DNA of 64,000 nucleotides, taken from contig CACJCN010000003.1 of the NCBI GenBank assembly GCA_902591925.1, forward strand, positions 145,825 to 209,824, written 5' to 3'. The first letter of the stretch is position 1. Each line of letters begins with the position of its first letter. This stretch comes from an uncultured SAR86 cluster bacterium. Lineage in GTDB: Bacteria > Pseudomonadota > Gammaproteobacteria > Magnimaribacterales > D2472. The position numbers were made by a program, and so were the translations under genes. This document shows positions 28,415-38,492 of the stretch, one piece after another. Under the pieces are notes generated by a model. That model saw only the letters and a list, made by a program, of their open reading frames with translations. It had not been told where the DNA came from and ran no database searches.

Positions 28415-29093
28415 CATCAAAGAAAAAATTTCTGCAATGTACGATGGAGAGCTTAATAGCTCAGAAATTGATGAATTGATTGAAATTGTAAACAACAATA
28501 AAGATATGCAAAAGCAGTTATCTTTATACAGTCTAATAAATGTTGCTGTTAATCAAGGCTCTAGTAAATTGAAACAAAAAATTGTTAATAAAGATTCATT
28601 TAAGAAATTTTTATCTAACGTTTGGCTTTCTAATGGTCTTACTGCTGCAGCAACAGTCCTACTAACTCTTACATTTATAAATTATTCAAATTTCTCCAGA
28701 TTGAATGAAAATATCGATTCAACAAATCAAATATCTTCTGCGATAAATAGTAAAGAAGCACAATTAATTGCTCAAAGATCTGAGGAATATATAACCGACC
28801 ATGTTATGAAGGTTTTAAATGATCCAAATTATATGAATTCATCAAGCCGAATTGATCTAAGAAATGTTGGATTTAATCATAATAAGAGTAATGACTTCTC
28901 ATATACAAAAGGAAAAGAAAAATTTCAGTTACGTATTGAAAATAAAGATTTTGGTCTTAAAAAAGTTAGATATTGGAAACATGGAAATAAAATGATTTAT
29001 CTCATCCCAATCGAAAATGGAAAAGTAGTAACACTATATGGCAATATATCTTTAACATCAGCTGTAGAAATTGCTAAATCATTAGATAGATAA
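28407..29093 (+). CDS. Anti-sigma-E factor, RseA/MucA family (divergent periplasmic domain)
   Basis: N-terminal ISAMYDGELN motif, a single TM (LTAAATVLLTLTFI), and an 8-nt overlap with rpoE. Confidence 0.7.
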   Translation: MDNIKEKISAMYDGELNSSEIDELIEIVNNNKDMQKQLSLYSLINVAVNQGSSKLKQKIVNKDSFKKFLSNVWLSNGLTAAATVLLTLTFINYSNFSRLNENIDSTNQISSAINSKEAQLIAQRSEEYITDHVMKVLNDPNYMNSSSRIDLRNVGFNHNKSNDFSYTKGKEKFQLRIENKDFGLKKVRYWKHGNKMIYLIPIENGKVVTLYGNISLTSAVEIAKSLDR

Positions 29094-29106
29094 CACCTGC
29101 AAACTT

Positions 29107-30501
29107 ATGAAAACATTAATCAAAAGCTTTTTAATCATTATTCTTACATCCTCTGCAAGTCTTTATGCCCAACTTCCAGACAATATTTCAGAATTAGTTG
29201 ATCAATCTGCACCTGCAGTTGTTAATATCACAGCAAAGAAAGAGATTTCGCAAAGATCTTCTTTTGGTTACGGTGGTATACCTGATGAAATGCTTGAAAG
29301 GTTCGGAATTCCAAGAGATTTTCGGGAAATGCCTCAACAAAGAAGAGAATCAGTTTCATTTGGCTCGGGATTTATTCTTAAAAATAACTATATTCTTACC
29401 AACTTTCATGTTGTTGAAGATGCAACCGATGTTGTTGTTTCTCTGTCAGACAGGCGTGAATTCAAAGCGGAGGTTGTTGGCGTTGATCCATTGTCAGACC
29501 TTGCTGTATTAGAGGTAGATGGAAAAGATTTACCTGCTGTAAATGTAGGCAATAGTGATAAGTTAAATGTTGGCGATTGGGTAATAGCTATTGGATCACC
29601 CTTTAGCTTTGATTTCTCGGTTACGGCTGGAATCGTAAGCGCTAAGGGAAGAAGCATTCAAAATAACAATATTGGAAATTATGTTCCATTTTTGCAAACT
29701 GATGTTGCCATAAATCCAGGAAATTCTGGTGGGCCGCTTTTTAACCTCGATGGGGATGTTGTGGGTATCAACTCTCAAATATACTCAAGGAGCGGTGGAT
29801 ATCAAGGTTTGGCATTTGCAATTCCTATAAACGTTGCCATGGATGTAGCAGATCAGATCATTAATAATGGTGAAGTATCAAGGGGTTACTTGGGAGTAAG
29901 AATGAGCGAAGTTGATAGTGATTTAGCAGATGCTTTAGGTATGAATAAGCCTTATGGCGCGCTTATTAACGATGTGGAAGAGGGTGAGTCAGCTGACAAT
30001 GCAGGATTGGTTCCTGGAGATGTAATAATTGAATTTGATAGTAAAGAAATTAAGTTCAGTTCTGATCTTCCGCATGTTGTTGGTCAGATTAAGCCTAATT
30101 CTTCAGCAAAAGCAAAAGTTATTAGAGATGGAAAAGAAATAACTTTAGATTTTGTATTAGGCGAACTCCCTGTAAATAGTGAGCAATTTATTCCAGCTAA
30201 AACACAACAATCATCTGACCCTCTTGGATTAAAAGTTGCTGATATTGATAGAGACAACCCATCAATGACAAATATGCCAGAAGGCGTAATTGTGACTAGA
30301 GTAAACCCTAACTCAGCAGCATCAGGAAAAGTTAATCGTGGAGATGTAATCACAATGATCCAATATAAAGGGCAAAAATATATGGTTTATGATGTAGATT
30401 CATTTAATCAAGCACTGAGTAATTTTTCTTCTAATAATAAGATAGCCATTCATTTAATAAGAAATGGCAATAGGCTAATTCGCTCAGTAACACTTAATTA
30501 A
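29107..30501 (+). CDS. Periplasmic serine endoprotease DegP/MucD (HtrA family, two PDZ domains)
   Basis: Signal peptide, catalytic H (TNFHVV), D and GNSGGPL, and two PDZ-like regions. Confidence 0.92.
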   Translation: MKTLIKSFLIIILTSSASLYAQLPDNISELVDQSAPAVVNITAKKEISQRSSFGYGGIPDEMLERFGIPRDFREMPQQRRESVSFGSGFILKNNYILTNFHVVEDATDVVVSLSDRREFKAEVVGVDPLSDLAVLEVDGKDLPAVNVGNSDKLNVGDWVIAIGSPFSFDFSVTAGIVSAKGRSIQNNNIGNYVPFLQTDVAINPGNSGGPLFNLDGDVVGINSQIYSRSGGYQGLAFAIPINVAMDVADQIINNGEVSRGYLGVRMSEVDSDLADALGMNKPYGALINDVEEGESADNAGLVPGDVIIEFDSKEIKFSSDLPHVVGQIKPNSSAKAKVIRDGKEITLDFVLGELPVNSEQFIPAKTQQSSDPLGLKVADIDRDNPSMTNMPEGVIVTRVNPNSAASGKVNRGDVITMIQYKGQKYMVYDVDSFNQALSNFSSNNKIAIHLIRNGNRLIRSVTLN

Positions 30502-30555
30502 TAAATACTATTCTTTACTTATTTTTGCAGTTTGCTTGTAAAATAGCTGCAAATT

Positions 30556-32343
30556 ATGAAGAACATTAGAAATTTTTCAGTCATAGCACATATCGATCAT
30601 GGCAAATCGACACTATCTGATAGATTAATTGAGGTTTGTGGAGGACTTTCATCAAGAGAAATGGCTGACCAAATCCTTGATTCTATGGACATTGAAAGAG
30701 AGCGTGGAATAACGATCAAAGCTCAAGCAGTGTCTCTAACATATAAAAAAGATGGAGAGGAATATCTTTTAAATTTTATTGATACTCCAGGACATGTTGA
30801 CTTTTCTTATGAAGTTTCAAGATCACTATCTGCTTGTGAAGGCGCTCTTTTGGTTGTCGATGGATCCCAAGGTGTTGAGGCTCAGACACTAGCTAATTGT
30901 TATACGGCTGTTGAAGAAGGACTAGAAGTTGTTCCTGTTATAAATAAAATTGATTTACCACAGGCTGAGCCAGAAAGAGTGAAATTAGAGATTGAAGAAA
31001 TGGTTGGTATTAATGCTTCTGAGGCGCCTTTGGTGAGTGCAAAAACCGGTGCTGGAATAGATGATTTATTAGAAAAATTGGTTGAGGAGATTCCATGTCC
31101 TGAAGGCAATCCTAATGCAAAATTACAAGCGCTGATAGTCGATTCTTGGTTCGACTCATATTTAGGAGTGGTTTCATTGATAAGAATTAAGAACGGAACT
31201 ATTAAAAAAGGCCAAAAGTTCCAAATTCACTCAAATGGTCAATCACACATTGTTGATGATATTGGAATTTTTTCTCCTAAAAAGGTATCAAAAAAAGAAC
31301 TTTCTGCAGGTGAAGTAGGATATTTAGTTGCGGGAATCAAAGATATTAAGGGAGCTCCTGTTGGCGATACCTTAATTGATTCCAATGATGAGTCTACCAA
31401 AGCTTTACCAGGCTTTAAGAAAGTAAATCCAAAAGTTTTTGCATCTTTATTCACACTTAACTCAGATGATTATGAAAAATTTAGAGATGCTTTATCAAAA
31501 TTAGTATTAAATGACAGTTCTTTAATATATGAGCCCGAAGTTTCAGATGCATTGGGTTTTGGTTTTAGATGCGGTTTTCTAGGCACTCTTCATATGGAGG
31601 TTGTTCGAGAGAGACTTGAGAGAGAATATGATCTTGATTTAATATCAACAGCTCCTTCAGTGGAGTATGAGGTATTAAAAACTGATGGAGAGATTTTAAA
31701 GTGCGATAACCCTTCCCAACTGCCAACTCCTAACGAAATAGATGAGATTAGGGAGCCTGTAGTTAATATCACGATTATTTCTCCAAATGAATACGTTGGA
31801 AATATTATTACATTGTGTACTTCAAAGAGAGGTACTCAAAAAGATATGAAATATTTTGGTAATCAGGTTTCAATTATCTTTGAAATGCCATTATCATCAG
31901 TAATTATTGACTTTTTTGATCAAATTAAATCTTCGACCAAAGGTTTTGCTTCAATAGAATACTCTCTAATAGGCTTTCAAAAGTCAGATTTAACCAAGAT
32001 CGATGTTCTAATAAATAATAATAAGATCGATGCGCTTTCAATGATTGTACACAAATCATTTTCTACATCAAAAGCCAGAGAAATAGCAAAAAATCTTCAA
32101 AAATTAATTCCAAGACAAATGTTTGATGTTCCTATACAGGTAGCGCTTGGTGCTAAAATTATATCTAGAGAGACAGTGAAAGCTTATAGAAAAAACGTAA
32201 CTGCTAAGCTTTATGGTGGTGATGTAACCAGAAAAATGAAATTGTTAGAAAAACAAAAACAAGGTAAAAAGAAAATGAAACAACTTGGAAAAGTATCAAT
32301 ACCTCAAGACGCTTTTTTAAATTATTTTAACTCGGAGCAATAA
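30556..32343 (+). CDS. lepA: Elongation factor 4 (LepA)
   Basis: 595 aa starting [17 protein letters not shown], with DTPGHVDF. Confidence 0.97.
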   Translation: MKNIRNFSVIAHIDHGKSTLSDRLIEVCGGLSSREMADQILDSMDIERERGITIKAQAVSLTYKKDGEEYLLNFIDTPGHVDFSYEVSRSLSACEGALLVVDGSQGVEAQTLANCYTAVEEGLEVVPVINKIDLPQAEPERVKLEIEEMVGINASEAPLVSAKTGAGIDDLLEKLVEEIPCPEGNPNAKLQALIVDSWFDSYLGVVSLIRIKNGTIKKGQKFQIHSNGQSHIVDDIGIFSPKKVSKKELSAGEVGYLVAGIKDIKGAPVGDTLIDSNDESTKALPGFKKVNPKVFASLFTLNSDDYEKFRDALSKLVLNDSSLIYEPEVSDALGFGFRCGFLGTLHMEVVRERLEREYDLDLISTAPSVEYEVLKTDGEILKCDNPSQLPTPNEIDEIREPVVNITIISPNEYVGNIITLCTSKRGTQKDMKYFGNQVSIIFEMPLSSVIIDFFDQIKSSTKGFASIEYSLIGFQKSDLTKIDVLINNNKIDALSMIVHKSFSTSKAREIAKNLQKLIPRQMFDVPIQVALGAKIISRETVKAYRKNVTAKLYGGDVTRKMKLLEKQKQGKKKMKQLGKVSIPQDAFLNYFNSEQ

Positions 32344-33291
32344 ATGTTAACTGATCCACTATTTATTTTAGGATTTATAGGCATGGCCATTTGCCTTTTT
32401 AGTTGGATAAAATTTTCTATTGAAAAAAATGAAGTTGAGCCTTTTGTTATAAGGTATATTTCATCTATTTCTTTTATATCTGGTTTAGCTTTATTAATGA
32501 GTATTTTTTATAACTCAGGTGATTTGGGTATTGTTTTACTTTTTGGATCATTAATATCCTTAATAATAATAATAATCGGTTATTTTTTAAAAAATAAAGA
32601 AATAGTTTCAACCTCAAGAGGCTACTTCATACCAATATTTTTGATTTTTATTTTAAGAACTTTCTTATATGAGCCATATCAAATTCCATCCGGATCAATG
32701 GAGCCTCAGTTAAAGAAAGGAGATTTTTTATTAGTAAATAAATTTGCATATGGTCTTAAAGTGCAAAGAATAGGTATGCCAAAATTTTTTGTTAAAGAGC
32801 CACAGTATGGAGACGCAGTTGTAATTATTCCAAAACACAATCCTGTTCCATATATTAAAAGACTAATTGGAATGCCTGGAGATGTGGTAAGAATTATTAA
32901 CAAGCAAATATACATAAATGGAGAGATTTTAGATAGAAAATTTATTGAATCTGAAGAAATTATCTTAAAAAAAAGATATAGACTTAGTGATGGAACTATT
33001 GAAACCAGAGAATCAGAAGCTATCGGGGACTTGTATTTAGAAAATATTGGAAAAGCAAGCTATGTTATTAGGAATACAAGAGGACAAAATAATCAGTTCC
33101 CTCAAGAATGGACTGTACCTGAAGGTCATTACTTTGTAATGGGCGATAATCGAGATAATTCTAATGACAGCACTAAAGATGTTGGATTTGTTCCAAGAGA
33201 AAATTTCTTTGGCAGGGCAGATTACCTATGGATGACTTGGGAGTGTTGGCTTTGCCTACCATCATTTGATAAAGCTGGGAAAATTAATTAA
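32344..33291 (+). CDS. lepB: Signal peptidase I
   Basis: SGSMEP catalytic Ser box, KRLIGMPGD Lys box and GDNRDNSNDS box. Confidence 0.9.
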   Translation: MLTDPLFILGFIGMAICLFSWIKFSIEKNEVEPFVIRYISSISFISGLALLMSIFYNSGDLGIVLLFGSLISLIIIIIGYFLKNKEIVSTSRGYFIPIFLIFILRTFLYEPYQIPSGSMEPQLKKGDFLLVNKFAYGLKVQRIGMPKFFVKEPQYGDAVVIIPKHNPVPYIKRLIGMPGDVVRIINKQIYINGEILDRKFIESEEIILKKRYRLSDGTIETRESEAIGDLYLENIGKASYVIRNTRGQNNQFPQEWTVPEGHYFVMGDNRDNSNDSTKDVGFVPRENFFGRADYLWMTWECWLCLPSFDKAGKIN

Positions 33292-33950
33292 TGTCATTAA
33301 AAGAACTTCAGAAAAGCATCGATTACGAATTTAAAGACATTAATCTATTAAAATTAGCTATAACTCATAAAAGCTTCAATAATAAAAGTAATAATGAAAG
33401 ATTAGAATATCTAGGTGATTCAATTCTAAATTCATCTATATCGAAATATCTTTTTTTAAAATTTCCTAATGAAAGAGAGGGATTATTGACAAGAATGAGA
33501 TCATTTATTGTCAAAGGAGAAACTCTTTCAAAAAAAGCATCTGAATTAAATTTAGTTCAATATATTGAAATATCTAAAGGCACTGCAAATTTATCAGACA
33601 GCAGAAAATTCTCAATTTTAGAAGGATCAATTGAATCTATTATTGGAGCAGTATTTCTTGATAGCAATTGGGATAATGTAGATAACTTTATCCTAAAATT
33701 ATTTTCTAAAGAGCTATCAATTATTGAAGCAGATCAAGAGTTTAGAGATTCTAAAACAGAACTGCAGGAACTACTTCAATCAAAAAAGTTAAAACTCCCT
33801 ATATACATAACAAGCGAATCTAATAGCGGCTTTGATTGCAGACTCGAATTACCTGAAGGTCTATTTGAGGCTTCTGGCAATTCTAAAAGGCAGGCTGAGA
33901 TCGCAGCTGCTAAAGAAGCTTTATCACATCTTAAAAAGAATAATGCCTAA
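33291..33950 (+). CDS. rnc: Ribonuclease III
   Basis: NERLEYLGDSIL signature and a C-terminal dsRBD (GNSKRQAEIAAAKEAL). Confidence 0.93.
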   Translation: MSLKELQKSIDYEFKDINLLKLAITHKSFNNKSNNERLEYLGDSILNSSISKYLFLKFPNEREGLLTRMRSFIVKGETLSKKASELNLVQYIEISKGTANLSDSRKFSILEGSIESIIGAVFLDSNWDNVDNFILKLFSKELSIIEADQEFRDSKTELQELLQSKKLKLPIYITSESNSGFDCRLELPEGLFEASGNSKRQAEIAAAKEALSHLKKNNA

Positions 33951-34851
33951 AGAATATTGTGGTTACATTTCAATTATAGGTAAGCCTAATGTTGGTAAAT
34001 CTACAATTCTTAATGCAATTTTAGAAAAAAAAGTGTCTATCACTTCGAGAAAATCTCAAACTACAAGAAATAATATTCTTGGAGTTAAAACCCATAAAAA
34101 TAAACAGATGATCTTTATTGATACTCCTGGAATGCATATCAAGTCAGAAAAGACTATGAATAAAATTCTAAATAGATCAGCGCAAAGTATCATTGAGGAT
34201 TCAGATTTAGTTCTTTTTGTCCTTCAAAGACTAAGTTTTGATAAAAATGATGAATTAATTATTCAAAAGTTGAAAGATACAAATCAAAAAGTCTTTTGCG
34301 TGATAAATAAAATCGATCAAGTTGAAAATAAAAATAAATTGCTTCCATTTCTAGAGATGATTGCTTCAATTTATACGTTTCAAGAAATTATGTTAGTCTC
34401 TGCAAAGACAAAAGATGGCATAGATCAGCTTATATCCATCATTAAAGAAAATATTCCACAAAATCCTCATATTTATTTAGATGACTTAATTTTTCATAAA
34501 AATGATCAAAAATTTGTTTTTTCTGAGCTAATAAGAGAAAAAATTATCAGAAAGCTTGGAGATGAGCTTCCGCACGATACTTTCGTTGAAATAGAAAAAA
34601 TTGATGACAAGAATGATCTAACTGAAATTTATGCAACTATATATGTAAATAGAAACTCACAAAAACAAATTGTAATTGGTTCTGGTGGAGAAGTGCTCAA
34701 ACAAATTGGTAAACAGGCTAGGTCTGATATAGAAAAACTTATTAATAAAAAAGTTTTTCTTAAAACTTGGGTAAAGGTTAAAAAGAACTGGAACACAAAC
34801 TCCGGTTTTATTCAAAGCCTCGGAGTTGGAGGCAATTATGAGTCAAAGTAA
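33943..34851 (+). CDS. era: GTPase Era
   Basis: GKPNVGKST G1 motif, DTPG and a KH domain. The ATG at 33943 overlaps the rnc end by 8 nt. The ORF-track start at 33832 lies inside rnc and is rejected. Confidence 0.95.
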   Translation: MPKEYCGYISIIGKPNVGKSTILNAILEKKVSITSRKSQTTRNNILGVKTHKNKQMIFIDTPGMHIKSEKTMNKILNRSAQSIIEDSDLVLFVLQRLSFDKNDELIIQKLKDTNQKVFCVINKIDQVENKNKLLPFLEMIASIYTFQEIMLVSAKTKDGIDQLISIIKENIPQNPHIYLDDLIFHKNDQKFVFSELIREKIIRKLGDELPHDTFVEIEKIDDKNDLTEIYATIYVNRNSQKQIVIGSGGEVLKQIGKQARSDIEKLINKKVFLKTWVKVKKNWNTNSGFIQSLGVGGNYESK

Positions 34852-35533
34852 CAATGATAATTGTTTTATTTTACACCAAAGATCTTACGGTGAAACAAGT
34901 ATTATCGCAGATGTTTTTACCCAAAAAAGTGGCAAGATATCTTTTATAGCTAAAGGTGCAAAAAAACCAAAATCTAAATTTTTTGGTTATTTAGTACCAT
35001 TTCAAAAATTAAAAATAACTTTCTCAGGAAGATCTGAATTAAAAACACTTACAAGTATTGACAGAGATTTAGCAAGTAACTCTAATACTTTTTCAAAGGT
35101 GAGCTATAGTCTGCTTTATATAAATGAACTTCTTATGAAACTTCTTCCAAAAGATGCTAAACATGAGGAATTGTTTGTTTTATATGACGAATTTCTAAAA
35201 AAAATTAATAAAAATAATAATCTTGAGATTTCTCTTAGACATTTTGAGCTAGATTTACTGGATATGCTTGGATATGGATTTGATTATGATTCAGAAATTG
35301 ATTCAAATGATCCAATAGAAGCAGAATTATCATATGTATTTGTATCGGAAAGAGGATTTAGGAAATCAAATAGCTCAAGTTTCAAGGGCAAAGATATTTT
35401 GAGTATTAAAAAACGAAAGCTTGAAGCTGTTCCTTTAAAATATCTTAAAGAAATCACAACCAAAGCAATAGGTATTTGCCTTGAAGGAAAAGACCTGACT
35501 AGTCGAAAAATCTTTAAATCAATAAAAAAATGA
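34838..35533 (+). CDS. recO: DNA repair protein RecO
   Basis: Position after era. N-terminal OB-like FILHQRSYGETS. ATG 34838 is preferred over TTG 34826. Confidence 0.82.
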   Translation: MSQSNNDNCFILHQRSYGETSIIADVFTQKSGKISFIAKGAKKPKSKFFGYLVPFQKLKITFSGRSELKTLTSIDRDLASNSNTFSKVSYSLLYINELLMKLLPKDAKHEELFVLYDEFLKKINKNNNLEISLRHFELDLLDMLGYGFDYDSEIDSNDPIEAELSYVFVSERGFRKSNSSSFKGKDILSIKKRKLEAVPLKYLKEITTKAIGICLEGKDLTSRKIFKSIKK

Positions 35534-35907
35534 TATTTGGAATTGGAACAGACATAGTAGAAATTAAGAGAATTGAGACCATGACGTCACTAGACAAGTT
35601 TGCATCTAAAATACTAAGTCATAATGAAAAAGAATTTTATGATTCTTTAACAAATCAAAAACAAATTGTTTATATTTCAAAGCAATTTGCAGCTAAAGAA
35701 GCAATTGCAAAAGCAATTGGAACAGGTATTCGAAATGATACTCATTTTAAAAATATTGAAATACTTAGAGATAAAAATGGAGCTCCAATTTTTAATGCAC
35801 TTAACAAACTTGAGAAAATTATTAGTGACTTGGGTATAACTAGAACACATGTTAGTCTTGCAGATGAAAGAGATTATGCAATTGCTATTGCGGTATTAGA
35901 AAAATGA
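35530..35907 (+). CDS. acpS: Holo-[acyl-carrier-protein] synthase
   Basis: 125 aa starting MIFGIGTDIVEIKRI, with FAAKEAIAKA. Confidence 0.9.
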   Translation: MIFGIGTDIVEIKRIETMTSLDKFASKILSHNEKEFYDSLTNQKQIVYISKQFAAKEAIAKAIGTGIRNDTHFKNIEILRDKNGAPIFNALNKLEKIISDLGITRTHVSLADERDYAIAIAVLEK

Positions 35908-36548
35908 ATAATATTATTTTATTAGGGCCTCCTGGAGCAGGTAAAGGTACTCAAGCAGATTTGATATGTGATTTATGTGATATACCAAAAATCAGTACTG
36001 GCGATATGCTTAGAGAGGCTGTTGCATCAGGTAGTAACTTAGGTGCAAAGGTTTCAGAGATTCTTGATTCTGGTGGCTTAGTCTCCGATGATATTATTGG
36101 CTCTTTAATTCAAGAAAGGCTTCTAAAACCAGATTGTGAAAATGGATCTCTGTTTGATGGCGTTCCAAGAACAATAGGACAGGCTGAGCAGCTTGCTGAC
36201 ATGAAAATTAACTTTACACATGTAATTGAAATTTTTGTAGAGGATGAAATCATTGTTAAAAGAATGTCTGGTAGAAGAGTCCATCCCGCATCTGGAAGAA
36301 ATTATCATATTGATCATAATCCACCAAAAAATAGCGGATTAGATGATGAAACAGGTGAGCCACTAGTTCAACGAGAGGATGATAAGCCTGATACAGTCTT
36401 AAAGAGATTGGATGTATATCATGAACAAACAAAACCCCTTACAACTTTTTATAAAGGTCAAAGCGACTCTGGACTTTTAAAATTCATAAAGGTGGATGGT
36501 TCTTATTCTGTAGATGAAGTTTTTACAACAATATCATCTCAAATATAG
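35904..36548 (+). CDS. adk: Adenylate kinase
   Basis: GPPGAGKGTQ P-loop and a long LID. 214 aa. Confidence 0.96.
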   Translation: MNNIILLGPPGAGKGTQADLICDLCDIPKISTGDMLREAVASGSNLGAKVSEILDSGGLVSDDIIGSLIQERLLKPDCENGSLFDGVPRTIGQAEQLADMKINFTHVIEIFVEDEIIVKRMSGRRVHPASGRNYHIDHNPPKNSGLDDETGEPLVQREDDKPDTVLKRLDVYHEQTKPLTTFYKGQSDSGLLKFIKVDGSYSVDEVFTTISSQI

Positions 36549-36550
36549 AT

Positions 36551-36979
36551 ATGAAAATTTTAGCCATAAAAAGTTCTGGTGATAGAACAGGTATCGGTTT
36601 AATGCTGAATGACGAAATTAATTCGTTCACAATGGATCATGACCGAAAGGATAGACCAAATTGGGACATGTTTTTAGATAACATAGGCCATAAAAAAATA
36701 TTTAATTTAAGTGAAATAGATCTATTTGCATTTGAGAATAACCAAAATTCATTTACCGCCACAAGAATCACTGCTAGTTTTTTAAAAGGTATTGCAACCG
36801 CTCTAAAAAAACCGCTAATTTCAATTGAAGATAATTCTGAAAATAATCTTGATATAGAGGAGCTAGTAATAATCGCTAAAGAGAAATTTTTATCTGCTGA
36901 AGATGCCGATAAAAGATTTGATCCTAAAAATGTTAATCCAACTTATGAAGAAGATATTAAATTTAGAAAATTAAATTAA
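36551..36979 (+). CDS. tsaB: Shortened TsaB (YeaZ)-like protein
   Basis: 142 aa. The N-terminus resembles TsaB (MKILAIKSS....GIGL...FTATRITASFLKGIA...PLISI) and the C-terminus resembles the TsaB tail. The central ~90 aa of typical TsaB are absent. Confidence 0.5.
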   Translation: MKILAIKSSGDRTGIGLMLNDEINSFTMDHDRKDRPNWDMFLDNIGHKKIFNLSEIDLFAFENNQNSFTATRITASFLKGIATALKKPLISIEDNSENNLDIEELVIIAKEKFLSAEDADKRFDPKNVNPTYEEDIKFRKLN

Positions 36980-37760
36980 TGATATATTACTGAGTTTTAT
37001 TTTAGGCTTAGTTCAAGGCTTAACTGAATTTTTGCCAATCTCTAGTTCTGCTCATTTGTTGTTCCCAACACTAATATTTGGTTCAAATGATTTAGGATTA
37101 TATTTTGATATTTCTGTTCATGCCGGAACATTGATAGCAGTAATTTATTATTTTAGAAATGAAATCTTTCTGATGAGTAAATCACTTCTTGTGAGTAACA
37201 ATTTTAATGAAGATAAAAACATAGCAATACAATTAATAATCGCCACTATACCAATCGTTATCTTAGGATTTATTTTTAGAGATTTAATTAGCCAAAGGAT
37301 ATTTAGCATTAATGATATTGCTATTTCAAACTTAATCTTTGCATCAATATTGCTTTTTGCTTTTCTAAACAATAAAGGTAAAAAAACTCTCATTAATATA
37401 ACTATCTTAGGCGCATGTTTTATTGGATTATTTCAATGTTTTGCTTTGATACCTGGAGCTTCAAGATCTGGAGCAGCAATTACGGCAGGTCTTTTGATTG
37501 GATTAAGTCTAAAAGATGCTTCAAAATTTGCATTTTTGCTTGCAATTCCAACTATTCTTGGCGCATTAACTTTTCTTATTTTTGATTTAAATAATGGCAA
37601 TGTTAGTTTTGACCTACTTAATATAAGCATCGGCTTTTTTACATCAATGATTTTTGCTTTCTTCACAATAAAGTTATTTCTTATGCTTGTTGAAAAAATA
37701 GGAATGATTCCTTTTGTTGCATACAGATTTTTGCTCGGCATACTTTTATTGATAATTTAG
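36975..37760 (+). CDS. uppP: Undecaprenyl-diphosphatase UppP (BacA); start codon unresolved
   Basis: The conserved N-terminal motif ILGLVQGLTEFLPISSSAHL is in frame from 36975, the first codon after an in-frame stop. There is no in-frame ATG/GTG before TTG 37032, which would cut that motif. ATG 36979 (TAATG with the tsaB stop) is in another frame. Confidence 0.8.
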   Translation: MNDILLSFILGLVQGLTEFLPISSSAHLLFPTLIFGSNDLGLYFDISVHAGTLIAVIYYFRNEIFLMSKSLLVSNNFNEDKNIAIQLIIATIPIVILGFIFRDLISQRIFSINDIAISNLIFASILLFAFLNNKGKKTLINITILGACFIGLFQCFALIPGASRSGAAITAGLLIGLSLKDASKFAFLLAIPTILGALTFLIFDLNNGNVSFDLLNISIGFFTSMIFAFFTIKLFLMLVEKIGMIPFVAYRFLLGILLLII

Positions 37761-38492
37761 ATGCAAATCTTTATTAAGGATGATATCACCAAAGAAACAT
37801 ATGAAAGTTTTGCAAACTTTTCTAAATTAGAAAAAGTTACAGACAAACCATCTGCTAATAATTATTTTGTATACGACTCAAATGGACTATCTTTTGTAAA
37901 AGATTCTATAAATCCAAAAGAAGTTTTACACATAGATTTTTTGAGTGGGACGCTTGGATGGAGACTTAAAAGAGTCAATCATGAAAGAAACTTAAGAAAA
38001 GCTTTAGGTAAGACTGAAAAACAACTATCAATATTTGATTCAACTGCAGGCTTATTGACAGATACAATGATTTTTCTCTCATTGGGTCACAAAGTTGTTG
38101 CTGTAGAGCAAAGTAAAATTATTTATTCTTTGGTTAAGGATGCGATATTAAGGGCTAAAGATAAGATACCAGAATTAAAAAATTTAATATTTATAAATGA
38201 TAATTCATTGGAAGTTTATAAAAGCATTTCAAAAGAATTTGATGTTATTTATCTGGACCCAATGTATCCATCTTCACACAAAAAAAACAAAAAATTAGGG
38301 AGATTAGAAAATATTAAAAAGATATTAGAGATTGAAAATTTAACAGATAATAGTGAAAACTTAGTTAAGGACTTTTTTAATCTTGAGTACAAAAAAATTA
38401 TCCTAAAAAGGCCTTTAAAGTATAGAAAAAACTATAGTAATATTAACTATCAGGTATTAGGTAAAACAACTAGATTTGATATTTACTTATGA
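37761..38492 (+). CDS. rsmJ: 16S rRNA (guanine1516-N2)-methyltransferase RsmJ
   Basis: 243 aa with FDSTAGLLTD (SAM motif I-like) and YLDPMYP. Confidence 0.78.
   Translation: MQIFIKDDITKETYESFANFSKLEKVTDKPSANNYFVYDSNGLSFVKDSINPKEVLHIDFLSGTLGWRLKRVNHERNLRKALGKTEKQLSIFDSTAGLLTDTMIFLSLGHKVVAVEQSKIIYSLVKDAILRAKDKIPELKNLIFINDNSLEVYKSISKEFDVIYLDPMYPSSHKKNKKLGRLENIKKILEIENLTDNSENLVKDFFNLEYKKIILKRPLKYRKNYSNINYQVLGKTTRFDIYL

Noticed and set aside
33832-33942. Long N-terminal extensions proposed by the ORF track for era (33832), trmJ (48280), suhB (48430), trmD (6216), dsbC (8781), ald (53439) and the CorC-family gene (4482).
   Set aside because: These extensions lie inside the preceding gene or divergent promoter region and lack homology. 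Internal ATGs reproduce the conserved N-termini and give typical stop/start junctions.
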